Shown here: positions 38,990 through 47,946 of the stretch, piece by piece
Position numbering within the stretch: position 1 is the stretch's first letter
Layout of the letters: every line of letters starts with the position of its first letter
Position numbers and translations under genes: made by a program
The notes under the pieces: generated by a model
What the model saw: only the letters and a program-made list of their open reading frames with translations
Databases searched by the model: none
Told to the model about the DNA's origin: nothing
Assembly (NCBI GenBank): GCA_022601445.1
Contig: JAJACP010000003.1
Coordinates: forward strand, 68,556 to 132,555
Length of the DNA: 64,000 bases
Direction: 5' to 3'
Origin: Chlamydiales bacterium
GTDB lineage: Bacteria; Chlamydiota; Chlamydiia; Chlamydiales; JAAKFR01

Positions 38990-39930
38990 AACTGGCCGGT
39001 TTTGGAGAGGAGAAGCAGGAGGTGCTTAAGCGAGGAAAAGTCCTTGTAGTGGGTGCTGGAGGACTTGGGTGCGCTGTTTTACAAACTCTCACAGCGATGG
39101 GCGTGGGAACGTTGGGTATTGCCGACGGAGATAGTGTCTCTTTGAGTAATCTCTCCAGGCAGGTTCTCTACACTCCCGAGGATGTCGGAAAACCTAAAAA
39201 CTGTAGTGCGCGTGCACGACTGAGGCAGCAAAATCCCGATGTGCTGATTGAAACATATGAGTGGCTTACTTCAGAGAATGCACTTAGAACGATTCAATCG
39301 TACCAATTGGTGGTGGATGCTTCTGATAATTTTACCACCCGCTATCTAATCAATGACGTCTGTGTCTCTTTAGGTCTTCCTTTTGTTGTGGGAGCTGTGG
39401 ACGCCTTTTCGGGTCACGTCTCTACGTTTAATTGGCAGGGAAGTCCTACCTACAGAGATCTTTTTCCCACTCTTTGTTACTGTAACAGTTGTGAGGTGCA
39501 GGGTGTGTTGGGTGTGCTTCCCAATCTCATCGGGCAGCTCCAAGCCTTGGAGGTCATCAAGATCATAACGGGTCTTGACACTCCCTTGGCAGGTCAGTTA
39601 CTATGCTTTGATGGAAAAACTTTCAAGACGGTGACCTATTCAAAACAGGAGTTTTCTGTGGTTAAGACCATTGCCTATTCGGAGCTGGAGACACTACATG
39701 AGTATCAGCTTGTGGATGTCCGCACAGTAGAGGAGAGAGAGGCATTTCATATTGGCGGCATGCACCCTCTGGATATGGACAAGCTCGATCCCAGTAAGCC
39801 AATTGTAGTCTATTGCCGAAGAGGGGTGAGAAGTTTGAAAGTGGCGAAGCAAATTGAAAAAAAATGGCCCGCAAGTGAGGTCTACTCGTTAGAGGGAGGT
39901 GTTGAACATTTGAGGCAAAAGTCCGGCTAA
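38965..39930 (+). CDS. thiF: ThiF/MoeB adenylyltransferase with C-terminal rhodanese domain
   Basis: RYAQQI, VVGAGGLG, D.DSVSLSNLSRQ, DNF.TRY.IND; then VDVR..E, YCRRG.RS, SLEGG. Confidence 0.9.
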   Translation: MERYAQQIKLAGFGEEKQEVLKRGKVLVVGAGGLGCAVLQTLTAMGVGTLGIADGDSVSLSNLSRQVLYTPEDVGKPKNCSARARLRQQNPDVLIETYEWLTSENALRTIQSYQLVVDASDNFTTRYLINDVCVSLGLPFVVGAVDAFSGHVSTFNWQGSPTYRDLFPTLCYCNSCEVQGVLGVLPNLIGQLQALEVIKIITGLDTPLAGQLLCFDGKTFKTVTYSKQEFSVVKTIAYSELETLHEYQLVDVRTVEEREAFHIGGMHPLDMDKLDPSKPIVVYCRRGVRSLKVAKQIEKKWPASEVYSLEGGVEHLRQKSG

Positions 39931-41211
39931 ATACAAGGGATAATACCGCTTTGTGCCTGCACGGGAAAGAGGCCTAGCACTTAAGATGACTTGGTTTTTA
40001 GGGTGGTACTTCTCGGTATATTGATGCAGACTTTTGGTTTTGGTCACTTTGCCTGCCTTCACTTCAAGGGGAATGACCTCTCCCCCAATTTCAATCAAAA
40101 ACTCCACTTCTGTGTGCTTTTCTACCCAGGAAAAAAGAGGTTTATTCATTGAGCCAAGCAGTTCTTGAGCGACAAAGTTTTCAGCAAAATATCCCTTATA
40201 GCTCCCGTAGTCGTAGTCTAGAATGACTTTTGGAGAGAGTCCGCTCATGGAGCCCAACATCCCAATGTCAAAGAGCAGCAATTTGAATGCATTTTCTTTT
40301 GAGTGGGCATACAACGGCACCTCGCCCGAGCCTACAATACTGACCTTAATGGCAAGGCCTGCAGCGACCAGCCAATCAATTGCAGACGCAAGACGTTGGT
40401 AATGGGTAATTCCCGGCACCACTCCTTTAAACTTGAATTTTGCCGCCCCCCCCTCCATTTGTTTTTCTAATTGTGCGGGAATAGAGCGGAAAACACGGTC
40501 GATGTGCATGGCGTTCGTTTTCCCCGCGTGTTTAGCCATATCACCGAAATAGGCGGCGAGTAAGTTGTCTTGGGTCTCTCTCACCTTGGTAAAGGCCTCA
40601 TATAGGCTCTCTTTGTGGTCACAGTAAGTTTGAACTGCTTCAGGCATGCCCCCAACGATAAAATAGTGCTTGAGCAGGTGCCATAAATGCTCATGAACCA
40701 GTTCTGAAATCTGTTGACTCTCCAGAGCTTTTAATGATCTTTCTTCTCCCATTGCCATGAGAAATTCAACAAATGACATCGGGGATAAATTGAGTAGAAA
40801 GACTTTTCCTACAGGAAAGGAGACGGGGCCAAGATGAACGCCCAGAAGAGAGCCTGCACCACATAAAGCTAAGCTGGGCATATCCTCATAAAAATATTTC
40901 AGACTCGTGAGCGCCTTAGGACAGGCTTGGATTTCATCAAAAATGACAAGATCATTTTGGATGTCGATCGGAGTATCAAGATAGAAGCTGAGCTCTTCGA
41001 TAATCCGTTCAGGCTTCAGGTTTTCTTCGAAGAGTTTGAAAAGGTGGGGTTCTTTTTCAAAATTGACGTAGTGATGCGCAAGAAAATGGCGCGCGCCAAA
41101 CTCTTTGAGTATGTATGTTTTTCCAACCTGTCTGACTCCGGTTAGAAGAAGAGGTTTGCGTTTATTTGCCTCTTTCCACCCCACCAGATCTTTTAGAATC
41201 AGCCGTTTCAT
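39889..41211 (-). CDS. AAA_14 + DUF4143-type ATPase-nuclease, paralog 4 (long subtype)
   Basis: RKPLLLTGVRQVGKT, VIFDEIQ, AGSLLG, FPVGKV, VGGMPE, FKL.LFDIG, GYFAENFV, EVEF...LEVK. Confidence 0.9.
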   Translation of the reverse strand: MKRLILKDLVGWKEANKRKPLLLTGVRQVGKTYILKEFGARHFLAHHYVNFEKEPHLFKLFEENLKPERIIEELSFYLDTPIDIQNDLVIFDEIQACPKALTSLKYFYEDMPSLALCGAGSLLGVHLGPVSFPVGKVFLLNLSPMSFVEFLMAMGEERSLKALESQQISELVHEHLWHLLKHYFIVGGMPEAVQTYCDHKESLYEAFTKVRETQDNLLAAYFGDMAKHAGKTNAMHIDRVFRSIPAQLEKQMEGGAAKFKFKGVVPGITHYQRLASAIDWLVAAGLAIKVSIVGSGEVPLYAHSKENAFKLLLFDIGMLGSMSGLSPKVILDYDYGSYKGYFAENFVAQELLGSMNKPLFSWVEKHTEVEFLIEIGGEVIPLEVKAGKVTKTKSLHQYTEKYHPKNQVILSARPLSRAGTKRYYPLYLAGLLPQMFNTSL

Positions 41212-41253
41212 ATCCTTTATTCTATGTCATTTTATGCCTCATGTCCAGAAAAA

Positions 41254-41308
41254 TGACGTTTTCGTCACTTTTTGCTCCTGATTTTTGACAAAATTGTCAC
41301 TTTTTGCT
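41254..41308. promoter_or_regulatory. Tandem dyad boxes upstream of ATPase paralog 4 / mscS
   Basis: TGACGTTTTCGTCACTTTTTGCT (41254-41276) and TGACAAAATTGTCACTTTTTGCT (41286-41308), each TGAC-N6-GTCA, starts 32 bp apart. Confidence 0.65.
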
Positions 41309-41335
41309 ACTTTTCTGAAAAACAAAGGAGAGAGC

Positions 41336-42391
41336 GTGGAATTGTTAAAATGTTTGGGGGCGCCGAGCTTGACGGCCTATTTGATCTCTGCAGGCCTGTT
41401 TGTCCTGGCCTACATTCTCTACCGTGTTCTCCTCACTTCTTTTCGCCATCTGTTCAGGCATGATGGAGTGTGGAAGCAGCTTGTGGAGGCTTTTCGTTTT
41501 CCCGCTTTGGTGATTTTGCTTGAGATCGCAGCCTTTCTCGCACTGGGCATTCTAGGAATCAAGGAGCATTACGAAGCGTTTTTCCAGCATGTGATTGTCA
41601 TCGTGAGTATTGCGACAATTGGATGGCTGTTGATTAATACAACCCGCTCATTGTATCGCTATTTTTATCAGAAGTATGAAGCTGCAGGAGAAGCAGATGA
41701 ACACCAAAGGGCTATGATCACCCAAGTTCATTTTCTTTTTCGACTGATCATCTTTCTGATCTTTGCGGTCACCTTTGCCGCAATCTTGATGACCTTTCCT
41801 CGGATTAAAAGTGTAGGAATCGGCATTTTAAGCTCAGCGGGGATTGCCGGGATCGCGCTCGGTGTCGCGGCCCGTCCGATTCTTCTCAACTTAATGGCCG
41901 GTTTCCAAATCGCCATGACCAAAACCATTAAAATTGGAGACGCGGTCTTTTTAGAGAACGATTTTGCCAGAGTTGAGGCGATCCATCTCACCCATGTAAT
42001 CGTACGCACCTGGGATTTGCGGCGGCTTGTTTTTCCTATTTCTTACTTTATCGATAAGCCGTTCCAAAACTGGGATGCCAAAGATCCCGAGTTGCTGGCA
42101 ACGGTTTTTCTCCACTGTGACTACTCAGCGCCTGTAGAAGCGATTCGCCAAAAAATAGAAGAGCTTGTAAAAAGTCACCCCAGCTGGAATCAAAAAGTGT
42201 GGAAGATGCACGTCACCAATTGTACTGAACAGACCATGGAGCTACGCATTATCATGACGGCCAATGATGCAGCGACTGCATTCGAATTAAAAAGTTTTGT
42301 GAGAGAAAAAATCATTGATTTTCTACAGAAAGAGCATCCAACAGCACTGCCTTGTGTACGCTATAAGACTGTCACGCAAGAAGTTCTGTAA
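41336..42391 (+). CDS. mscS: Small-conductance mechanosensitive channel family protein
   Basis: SAGIAGIALGVAA...NLMAG.QI....IKIGD, TWD.RR...P, F.NW. GTG start at 41336 after AAGGAG. Confidence 0.88.
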   Translation: MELLKCLGAPSLTAYLISAGLFVLAYILYRVLLTSFRHLFRHDGVWKQLVEAFRFPALVILLEIAAFLALGILGIKEHYEAFFQHVIVIVSIATIGWLLINTTRSLYRYFYQKYEAAGEADEHQRAMITQVHFLFRLIIFLIFAVTFAAILMTFPRIKSVGIGILSSAGIAGIALGVAARPILLNLMAGFQIAMTKTIKIGDAVFLENDFARVEAIHLTHVIVRTWDLRRLVFPISYFIDKPFQNWDAKDPELLATVFLHCDYSAPVEAIRQKIEELVKSHPSWNQKVWKMHVTNCTEQTMELRIIMTANDAATAFELKSFVREKIIDFLQKEHPTALPCVRYKTVTQEVL

Positions 42392-43457
42392 GCTTAGCTT
42401 GCAGAGGCTCATAGTACATAGGTTGCGAAAAAGAGTGACTGTTGACACCTTCTGCAGTGAGGTGAGTGACCTCTACAGTCTTTCCACTCCCAAGGCCGAG
42501 CCTGGGAACAGGATCGCGACTGACAAGATGAACAGCACTTCCACATATATGGTCAGGGATGTGCGCGGCCCCGGCTACAACCACCACATGAATCCGCTGG
42601 CGCAATTCTGGGTCATATGTACGTAGAGCATTGAACGTGTGCAAAGCTCCTTGACTATGGCTGATCATGATAAATTTCTGATCATCATTTTGATGGTCCT
42701 TGAAAAAGTCGTCCCACATCTCATGTAAGTGCCATACGGGAGCGGTGCACGTTCCCTCCAGTCCCATACGGCACTCTTTGAGGTCTGAGATCACACCGTG
42801 GGTCGCGTTGTGCACACCGTGTACATTATAGCCTCCGACAAGGTGGGAAACTCTAAGAGCGTTTTTATAGGCTTGAGGGAAGCCATTTAGGATTCCATTG
42901 ACAATGCCAATGCGCCCTTTAGGCGGCTCCGGAAACCCAAGATCGAAAAGGGAGCTGGGTGCTCTTGCTGTTTCAAATGTGGTGTTGTAGTCGGTATAGG
43001 TTGTAGTCGGTTCTTTCACCTCTTTTCTTTTTTCGGCAACCTCAGAAAATCGTTCAAAAAACACGTCGGATTTTTTAGGCAGGGCTTTAAGAATCGCGTC
43101 GAGAGCTTGCATGGAAACGGATTGGTGCTCGCCATTCATGACTTTTTGAAGCTCTGGCATCAACTTTTCGTAATGTTCTTCTTGCCTGAGTTTCTTTGTC
43201 TCTTTTTTGACGTTCCCCAAAACAGTTCCGGTGACATAGGAGGCGGCTACCAACTCGAGTCCTATCGGAATGGCAAGAACATGGCAGTGCATCGCTACCC
43301 CTAAAACTGCAGGAACGGCAATAAAAAAAATAAGGGGGATTGCCACATCCGCTACTTTAAGGGTTGTGGAAGAGGCGCGGGGACTCACACCTCCGCGGAT
43401 GAGAGGAAGAGGGCGCTCTACCGAGCCTGAATCACCAGCTGAATCTACAGACACCAT
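42372..43457 (-). CDS. Alpha/beta-hydrolase-like protein (DUF687-like) with N-terminal bilobed hydrophobic segment
   Basis: IVNGILN, VHNATHG..DL.EC, SHSQG nucleophile elbow, DPVP, late His (SHSF). Family assignment is from recall. Confidence 0.6.
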   Translation of the reverse strand: MVSVDSAGDSGSVERPLPLIRGGVSPRASSTTLKVADVAIPLIFFIAVPAVLGVAMHCHVLAIPIGLELVAASYVTGTVLGNVKKETKKLRQEEHYEKLMPELQKVMNGEHQSVSMQALDAILKALPKKSDVFFERFSEVAEKRKEVKEPTTTYTDYNTTFETARAPSSLFDLGFPEPPKGRIGIVNGILNGFPQAYKNALRVSHLVGGYNVHGVHNATHGVISDLKECRMGLEGTCTAPVWHLHEMWDDFFKDHQNDDQKFIMISHSQGALHTFNALRTYDPELRQRIHVVVVAGAAHIPDHICGSAVHLVSRDPVPRLGLGSGKTVEVTHLTAEGVNSHSFSQPMYYEPLQAKLTELLA

Positions 43458-43487
43458 AGGTTTAATGTAACAGATTAAAATAATCTT

Positions 43488-44979
43488 TTATACTATAACG
43501 TCTTCTTGCTGGCTGAGTTTTTTGATGGTGCGGATCATTTGAGTAAAAATCCAGAGATGAAAGGGAGTGAGTATCCACCAGTAGAGCATGCCCCAAAGCC
43601 CTGAGGGAAAGAAGCGTGCGGTTTGCTCAAGCTTGGTGAGGTTCTCATCAATGCGGGTGAGGCGAAAGTCTAAGATGGCCTCGCCTGGGAGGCGCATTTC
43701 GGCTACAAGTAAAAGACGTTCAGGATAAACAATTTGTTTCACACGCCAGAAATCAACGGCATCTCCAACTTGCAAGTGAGTTGTATCACGTCTTCCTCTT
43801 CTAAGTCCTACGCCTCCAATGAGTTTGTCGAAAGTCCCCCGTATTTTCCAGAGCCAGGAGGTAGAGTACCACCCTTTTTTCCCGCCGATTCCCGTGACTA
43901 CTTTCCATACACTCTGTTGGGAGGCTTCGATCATCCGTTCACGGCGTGCCTTAAAAATGGTGCCCCCGGCCCATTTGGGGTCGTGCCTATCTGCCCATTC
44001 GGCTGGAGGCATGATGCCGGCATCGGCCCATGAGGTTTCAGGGTTGATTTTGTCCATAGCGCGAGAGATCGCCTCTTCATAATCCATCAAGGTTTGTGGA
44101 ATGAGCTTTTGTATACGTGCGTCTTCACAAATTACCTTGCTGCTCAACCCTTCCACAAGGGGGCGGCCGAGTTTAGGAGGTAGGGGAGTGACAAGACCGA
44201 TCCAGTAAGAACTGAGTTTAGGAGAGAGGATGCTCACAGGAATCACTTTGCGCAGTGGGAGTTTGGCCACTTTGGCGTAGAGCATCATGAGTTCATGGTA
44301 AGTAGTGACTCTAGGCCCCCCAATATCAAAGGTTTGGCCCACTGTCTCGGGTGCATCGAGGGTGCCGATCAGGTACTCAAGAACATTTTTAACAGCGATT
44401 GGTTGGCAAGGCGTGCGTACCCAGGTTGGCGTGACCATAATGGGAAGGCGATCGGTTAGGTAACGTAAAATTTCAAATGAAGCGCTTCCCGAACCGATTA
44501 TCATAGCCGCTTGAAAGATCGTGACAGGGATCGAGCTCTGACGGAGGATCTCCCCCACTTCTCTTCGGGACTGAAGATGTTTGCTCATGTACCCTTTTTC
44601 GCTTCCCAGTCCACCCAAGTAAATGATCCGCTCTAGGTCTGTTTTTTCAGCTGCAGCTACAAAGTTGAGTGCCGCCTCTCGATCGGCCTTGGTAAAATCT
44701 TTCTGCTCGCGGATCATCGAGTGAATCAAGTAGTAGGCCACAGTGCATCCTTGAAGCGCTTTTTCTAGAGAGGGGTAGTCGAGCACATCGGCCTGAATGA
44801 GTTCGACATTTGGATCTGTTGCCCATCGCCGTCCTTTGAGTTTGCTCATGTTTCTTCCCATGGCGCGCACGCGGTATCCCTTGTCTAAAAGACGGGGAAC
44901 AAGTCTGCCTCCGATGTAGCCTGTCACGCCTGTGACTAAAATAAGGGGGGGATTGATCTTTAACCTCTTTTTGTGACAC
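43488..44979 (-). CDS. YbjT-like NAD(P)-binding oxidoreductase with DUF2867-like domain; frameshifted near the 5' end in this sequence
   Basis: LILVTGVTGYIGG, AYYLIHSM, IIYLGGL, IIGSGSASFE, W..RG..D...GG.G.RRGR, AEMRLPG. No in-frame start lies upstream of the Rossmann beta-1 strand; GTG 44979 joins the frame if the G7 tract at 44945-44951 loses one base. Confidence 0.8.
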
Positions 44980-45044
44980 GATGTCTACGTGTTTCTTCTT
45001 AAATAACACAAATGATTGATCGGGGTCAAAGGAGGGTTACCCAA

Positions 45045-45641
45045 ATGGCTAAGCTCTATTTTCGCTACGGTTCTGTTGGGAGTGCTAAAACACTCAATCT
45101 ACTTGCAGTTGCGCACAACTACAGACAGCAAGAAAAACGGATTTTGCTGATCAAACCGGCACTGGATGTCCGCTTTGGGAAAAATAATATTAAATCCCGC
45201 GCCGGTCTTGAGCAAGAGGCTGATATTCTGGTCGATAAAAAAACCAACCTCCTGCAACTCGATTTTTCGGGGATCGACTGTCTACTGGTCGATGAGGCGC
45301 AATTTTTGCCAGCCTCTGTCATTGACCAACTCCGTTCCATCTCCTACGAGAGAAATATCCCTGTGATATGCTATGGACTACGGACCGATTTTCGCACGCA
45401 CCTCTTTGAAGGCTCTCGGCGACTGATGGAGTTGGCTGATTCGATCGAGGAGGTCAAATCGACCTGTCACTTCTGCAACAAAAAATCGATCATGAATCTC
45501 AAGCATGTGAATGGTAAAGCAACCGTCTCGGGTCCAAGCGTGGAGCTAGGAGCCGAAGAGAGGTACTTTCCTGCTTGCTACACATGTTATAGTAAACAGA
45601 TTCAAGAGGCGCAAGAATGCAACTCCATGGCCTTGCTTTAA
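45045..45641 (+). CDS. tdk: Thymidine kinase
   Basis: AKLYFRYG...AKT, IKSRAG, LVDEAQFL, YGLRTDF, FEGS..L..LAD, C.FC..K, Y...C..C. Confidence 0.93.
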   Translation: MAKLYFRYGSVGSAKTLNLLAVAHNYRQQEKRILLIKPALDVRFGKNNIKSRAGLEQEADILVDKKTNLLQLDFSGIDCLLVDEAQFLPASVIDQLRSISYERNIPVICYGLRTDFRTHLFEGSRRLMELADSIEEVKSTCHFCNKKSIMNLKHVNGKATVSGPSVELGAEERYFPACYTCYSKQIQEAQECNSMALL

Positions 45642-45807
45642 GTTGCTCTTTTTAAAAAGGTTAAGTTTTCATTAATTTCTCCTCTCGGACGCTAAGTATT
45701 TATAATTAAATATTTACTTTTCTTTTGCTCTATATTTGAAGGAAAAGAGATAATAATTATAGGAAGCTTAGTGTCTTAGAGATGCCCTTAGGGCAGAAGG
45801 AGGGGTT

Positions 45808-47946
45808 ATGAACCCAAGAGGTGGATTATCCATTTTAGATGCCTTGGATAACCTCAACGCTCTCGTTGACGCCGACACTCTGGATGAAATCGAAGTAACC
45901 GAACACGCACGTCTCATACCGCATAAAAGAGAAGTTGAGGAAGAGTCAGAAAAAGCTTATTGGGCACCTGCTGGGGCCGATGAGCAGACAGTCGAAGCGA
46001 TTAAAGAGACGTTTCGCTGCGTTTATGACTATCTCCAGGTTTACTGCGGCAAAATGCAGAAAACAGGAGATACCAAAAAACTGGTGGAAGGGGTCAATAC
46101 GATCATGGTGCTTGTGGGTGAAGCGGCCCAAAAGCTCGATCGCTTTGGTGCTTTGTTTAAAGAGCGCGTGAGTGATTTTCCTGAGTATAAAGAGCTGCAA
46201 AACTTTTATCAAAGGAAAGTGATCCCGGAGTCTTTTCGCGAATTTGCCAAAGGGTCCGTTGTAAAAGAAAAAGACGAGGTGCTTTCTGAACAACAAGAGT
46301 TAGAAAGAGAGCTCCAGTCACTTTTACAAGAGGAAGAGGCGATTGAAGAAGTTGCAGGTGTTCACATTCTCAATGACTTGGAGGTGATTAAACGGGATCA
46401 TCTCTATGAGCTTTTTTACCTGAAAAACGAAGCGGGACACCATTTCTATACGACAGGTTTGGCGCGTACGATTAAGCTGGCGTGTGATTTTGGCGTGTTC
46501 TCAGAAGAGTATTTCGGTGATGATCCTCTGTTGCAGGTGAAAAACTGGGAGGATAAGCAACTGCATCTACAGGCTGTCAAAATTCTCGAAAAAGTCAAAA
46601 AACCTTTAGAGAAGTTTTATGCCGGAGCGATGAAATACAAAGAGATGGAGCTTGTAACGCTTGTGCACAATGCGTGCATGGCTTTGTTACTTGCAGCCAA
46701 TCCACGTAATTTGATTCGTCAGTTTTCGCTGAAAGGGTGTCATCTCTACTTCTTTGACTTTTTGATGTTCATGCGAGAGGCGCTCCACAATCGAGAGTAT
46801 GAGAAGTTGGTAATTTATGGCACGCCTAATGGGAAGCCTTTTTTTCAGCACACTCTCGATCTGCTCAATGCCTTTTGCCACACTCTTTTCACAGAGTCGA
46901 TGGATCATGATGAGGTAAAAAGAGCCATTCAGCGCTTGATTGAGAGGGTGGAGCACAAGCAAGAAAAGCGTCTTTCCGATGCTCTGGCCCATGCCCATCA
47001 CGCCCTGACAGAGGCCTTTAAAAAACACCCGAGTGGGCCTGTATTTAAGGCGCTAGATATCGTGCGTGAAGAGTTGGAGCAGCGCTTTGATCCGCTCATG
47101 CAAGGAAATATTCCTGCTGTTGATTGGGTACTGCAGCAAAAAGGGCAAGAGATGCGGCTTTTGCGTCTGGCGTGTCCGGTTGTGCAAGAGTGGATCAATC
47201 ATGCGGTCATCAATGAAGAGTTTAAAACGTTTTTGCGCTCATGTAATCCTGAAGAGCGTTTTTTGTTCGTGAACTACCAAGACCGCACCTCGTGGCAGGA
47301 GCATGCCCGTTCGACGGCGATCGAAGAGCTCTCGCGTCAAGCAGAATTTGCTTCCCATCTGAAGGTTGTCACCTTAGCAAGGGATACCGACTTTTATAAC
47401 CAGGTAGGAGTATATGAGGCGCTCAATGATGCCCAAGACTTTTTCGCCCAGTTTGCTGATCACCTCTCTGATGAAAGTACCGGTTATTATTTTCCTCCTG
47501 ACGTGAGACAAGCGCTCTTTCCTGATTTTATTGGAAAGCTGCTGGGGCTGGTTCATACGACCTTTTTTGAGGGAAAAGCAGAGCTTTCCTTTCTGGAGCG
47601 AATCGACTGTATTGAACTCGTTTACCACTTCATTGAGTTGAAGCTCATAGAGTTGGTGAAACCAACATATGTGGCATTAAGCTCAAAAGATGGGCTCGAT
47701 AGCGGAGCTACTTCAAGTGTGGGGCTTGTGGCTCTTCTCTCTTTAGTAAAGGGGAAGCAGCTGGACAAAGAGAAGGTGCTGACTTCTTTGTTTGGTCCTA
47801 CCCTGATGCAGCGGGAGCGAGTGGTCCACCCTGAGCGATTTGATCGACTTTTTGCTCTAGTGCGCTTACTGGAAGAGAGTGGGGATTATCTCAAGTCCTT
47901 TGGCTCTCTGTTTAAAAGCGAGACCCTCAATTGGGAGGTCAAGTAG
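45808..47946 (+). CDS. Large hypothetical protein (positional equivalent of chlamydial CT837)
   Basis: 712-aa ORF with strong RBS; lies between pheS/tRNA-Ser and lptG/F as I recall for Chlamydia. Confidence 0.7.
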   Translation: MNPRGGLSILDALDNLNALVDADTLDEIEVTEHARLIPHKREVEEESEKAYWAPAGADEQTVEAIKETFRCVYDYLQVYCGKMQKTGDTKKLVEGVNTIMVLVGEAAQKLDRFGALFKERVSDFPEYKELQNFYQRKVIPESFREFAKGSVVKEKDEVLSEQQELERELQSLLQEEEAIEEVAGVHILNDLEVIKRDHLYELFYLKNEAGHHFYTTGLARTIKLACDFGVFSEEYFGDDPLLQVKNWEDKQLHLQAVKILEKVKKPLEKFYAGAMKYKEMELVTLVHNACMALLLAANPRNLIRQFSLKGCHLYFFDFLMFMREALHNREYEKLVIYGTPNGKPFFQHTLDLLNAFCHTLFTESMDHDEVKRAIQRLIERVEHKQEKRLSDALAHAHHALTEAFKKHPSGPVFKALDIVREELEQRFDPLMQGNIPAVDWVLQQKGQEMRLLRLACPVVQEWINHAVINEEFKTFLRSCNPEERFLFVNYQDRTSWQEHARSTAIEELSRQAEFASHLKVVTLARDTDFYNQVGVYEALNDAQDFFAQFADHLSDESTGYYFPPDVRQALFPDFIGKLLGLVHTTFFEGKAELSFLERIDCIELVYHFIELKLIELVKPTYVALSSKDGLDSGATSSVGLVALLSLVKGKQLDKEKVLTSLFGPTLMQRERVVHPERFDRLFALVRLLEESGDYLKSFGSLFKSETLNWEVK

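Noticed and set aside
22196-41211. Calling the four ATPases transposases or a named defence system
   Set aside because: They have no DDE, HUH or tyrosine-recombinase motifs, no terminal repeats at both gene ends and no partner genes, so function is left as a hypothesis.
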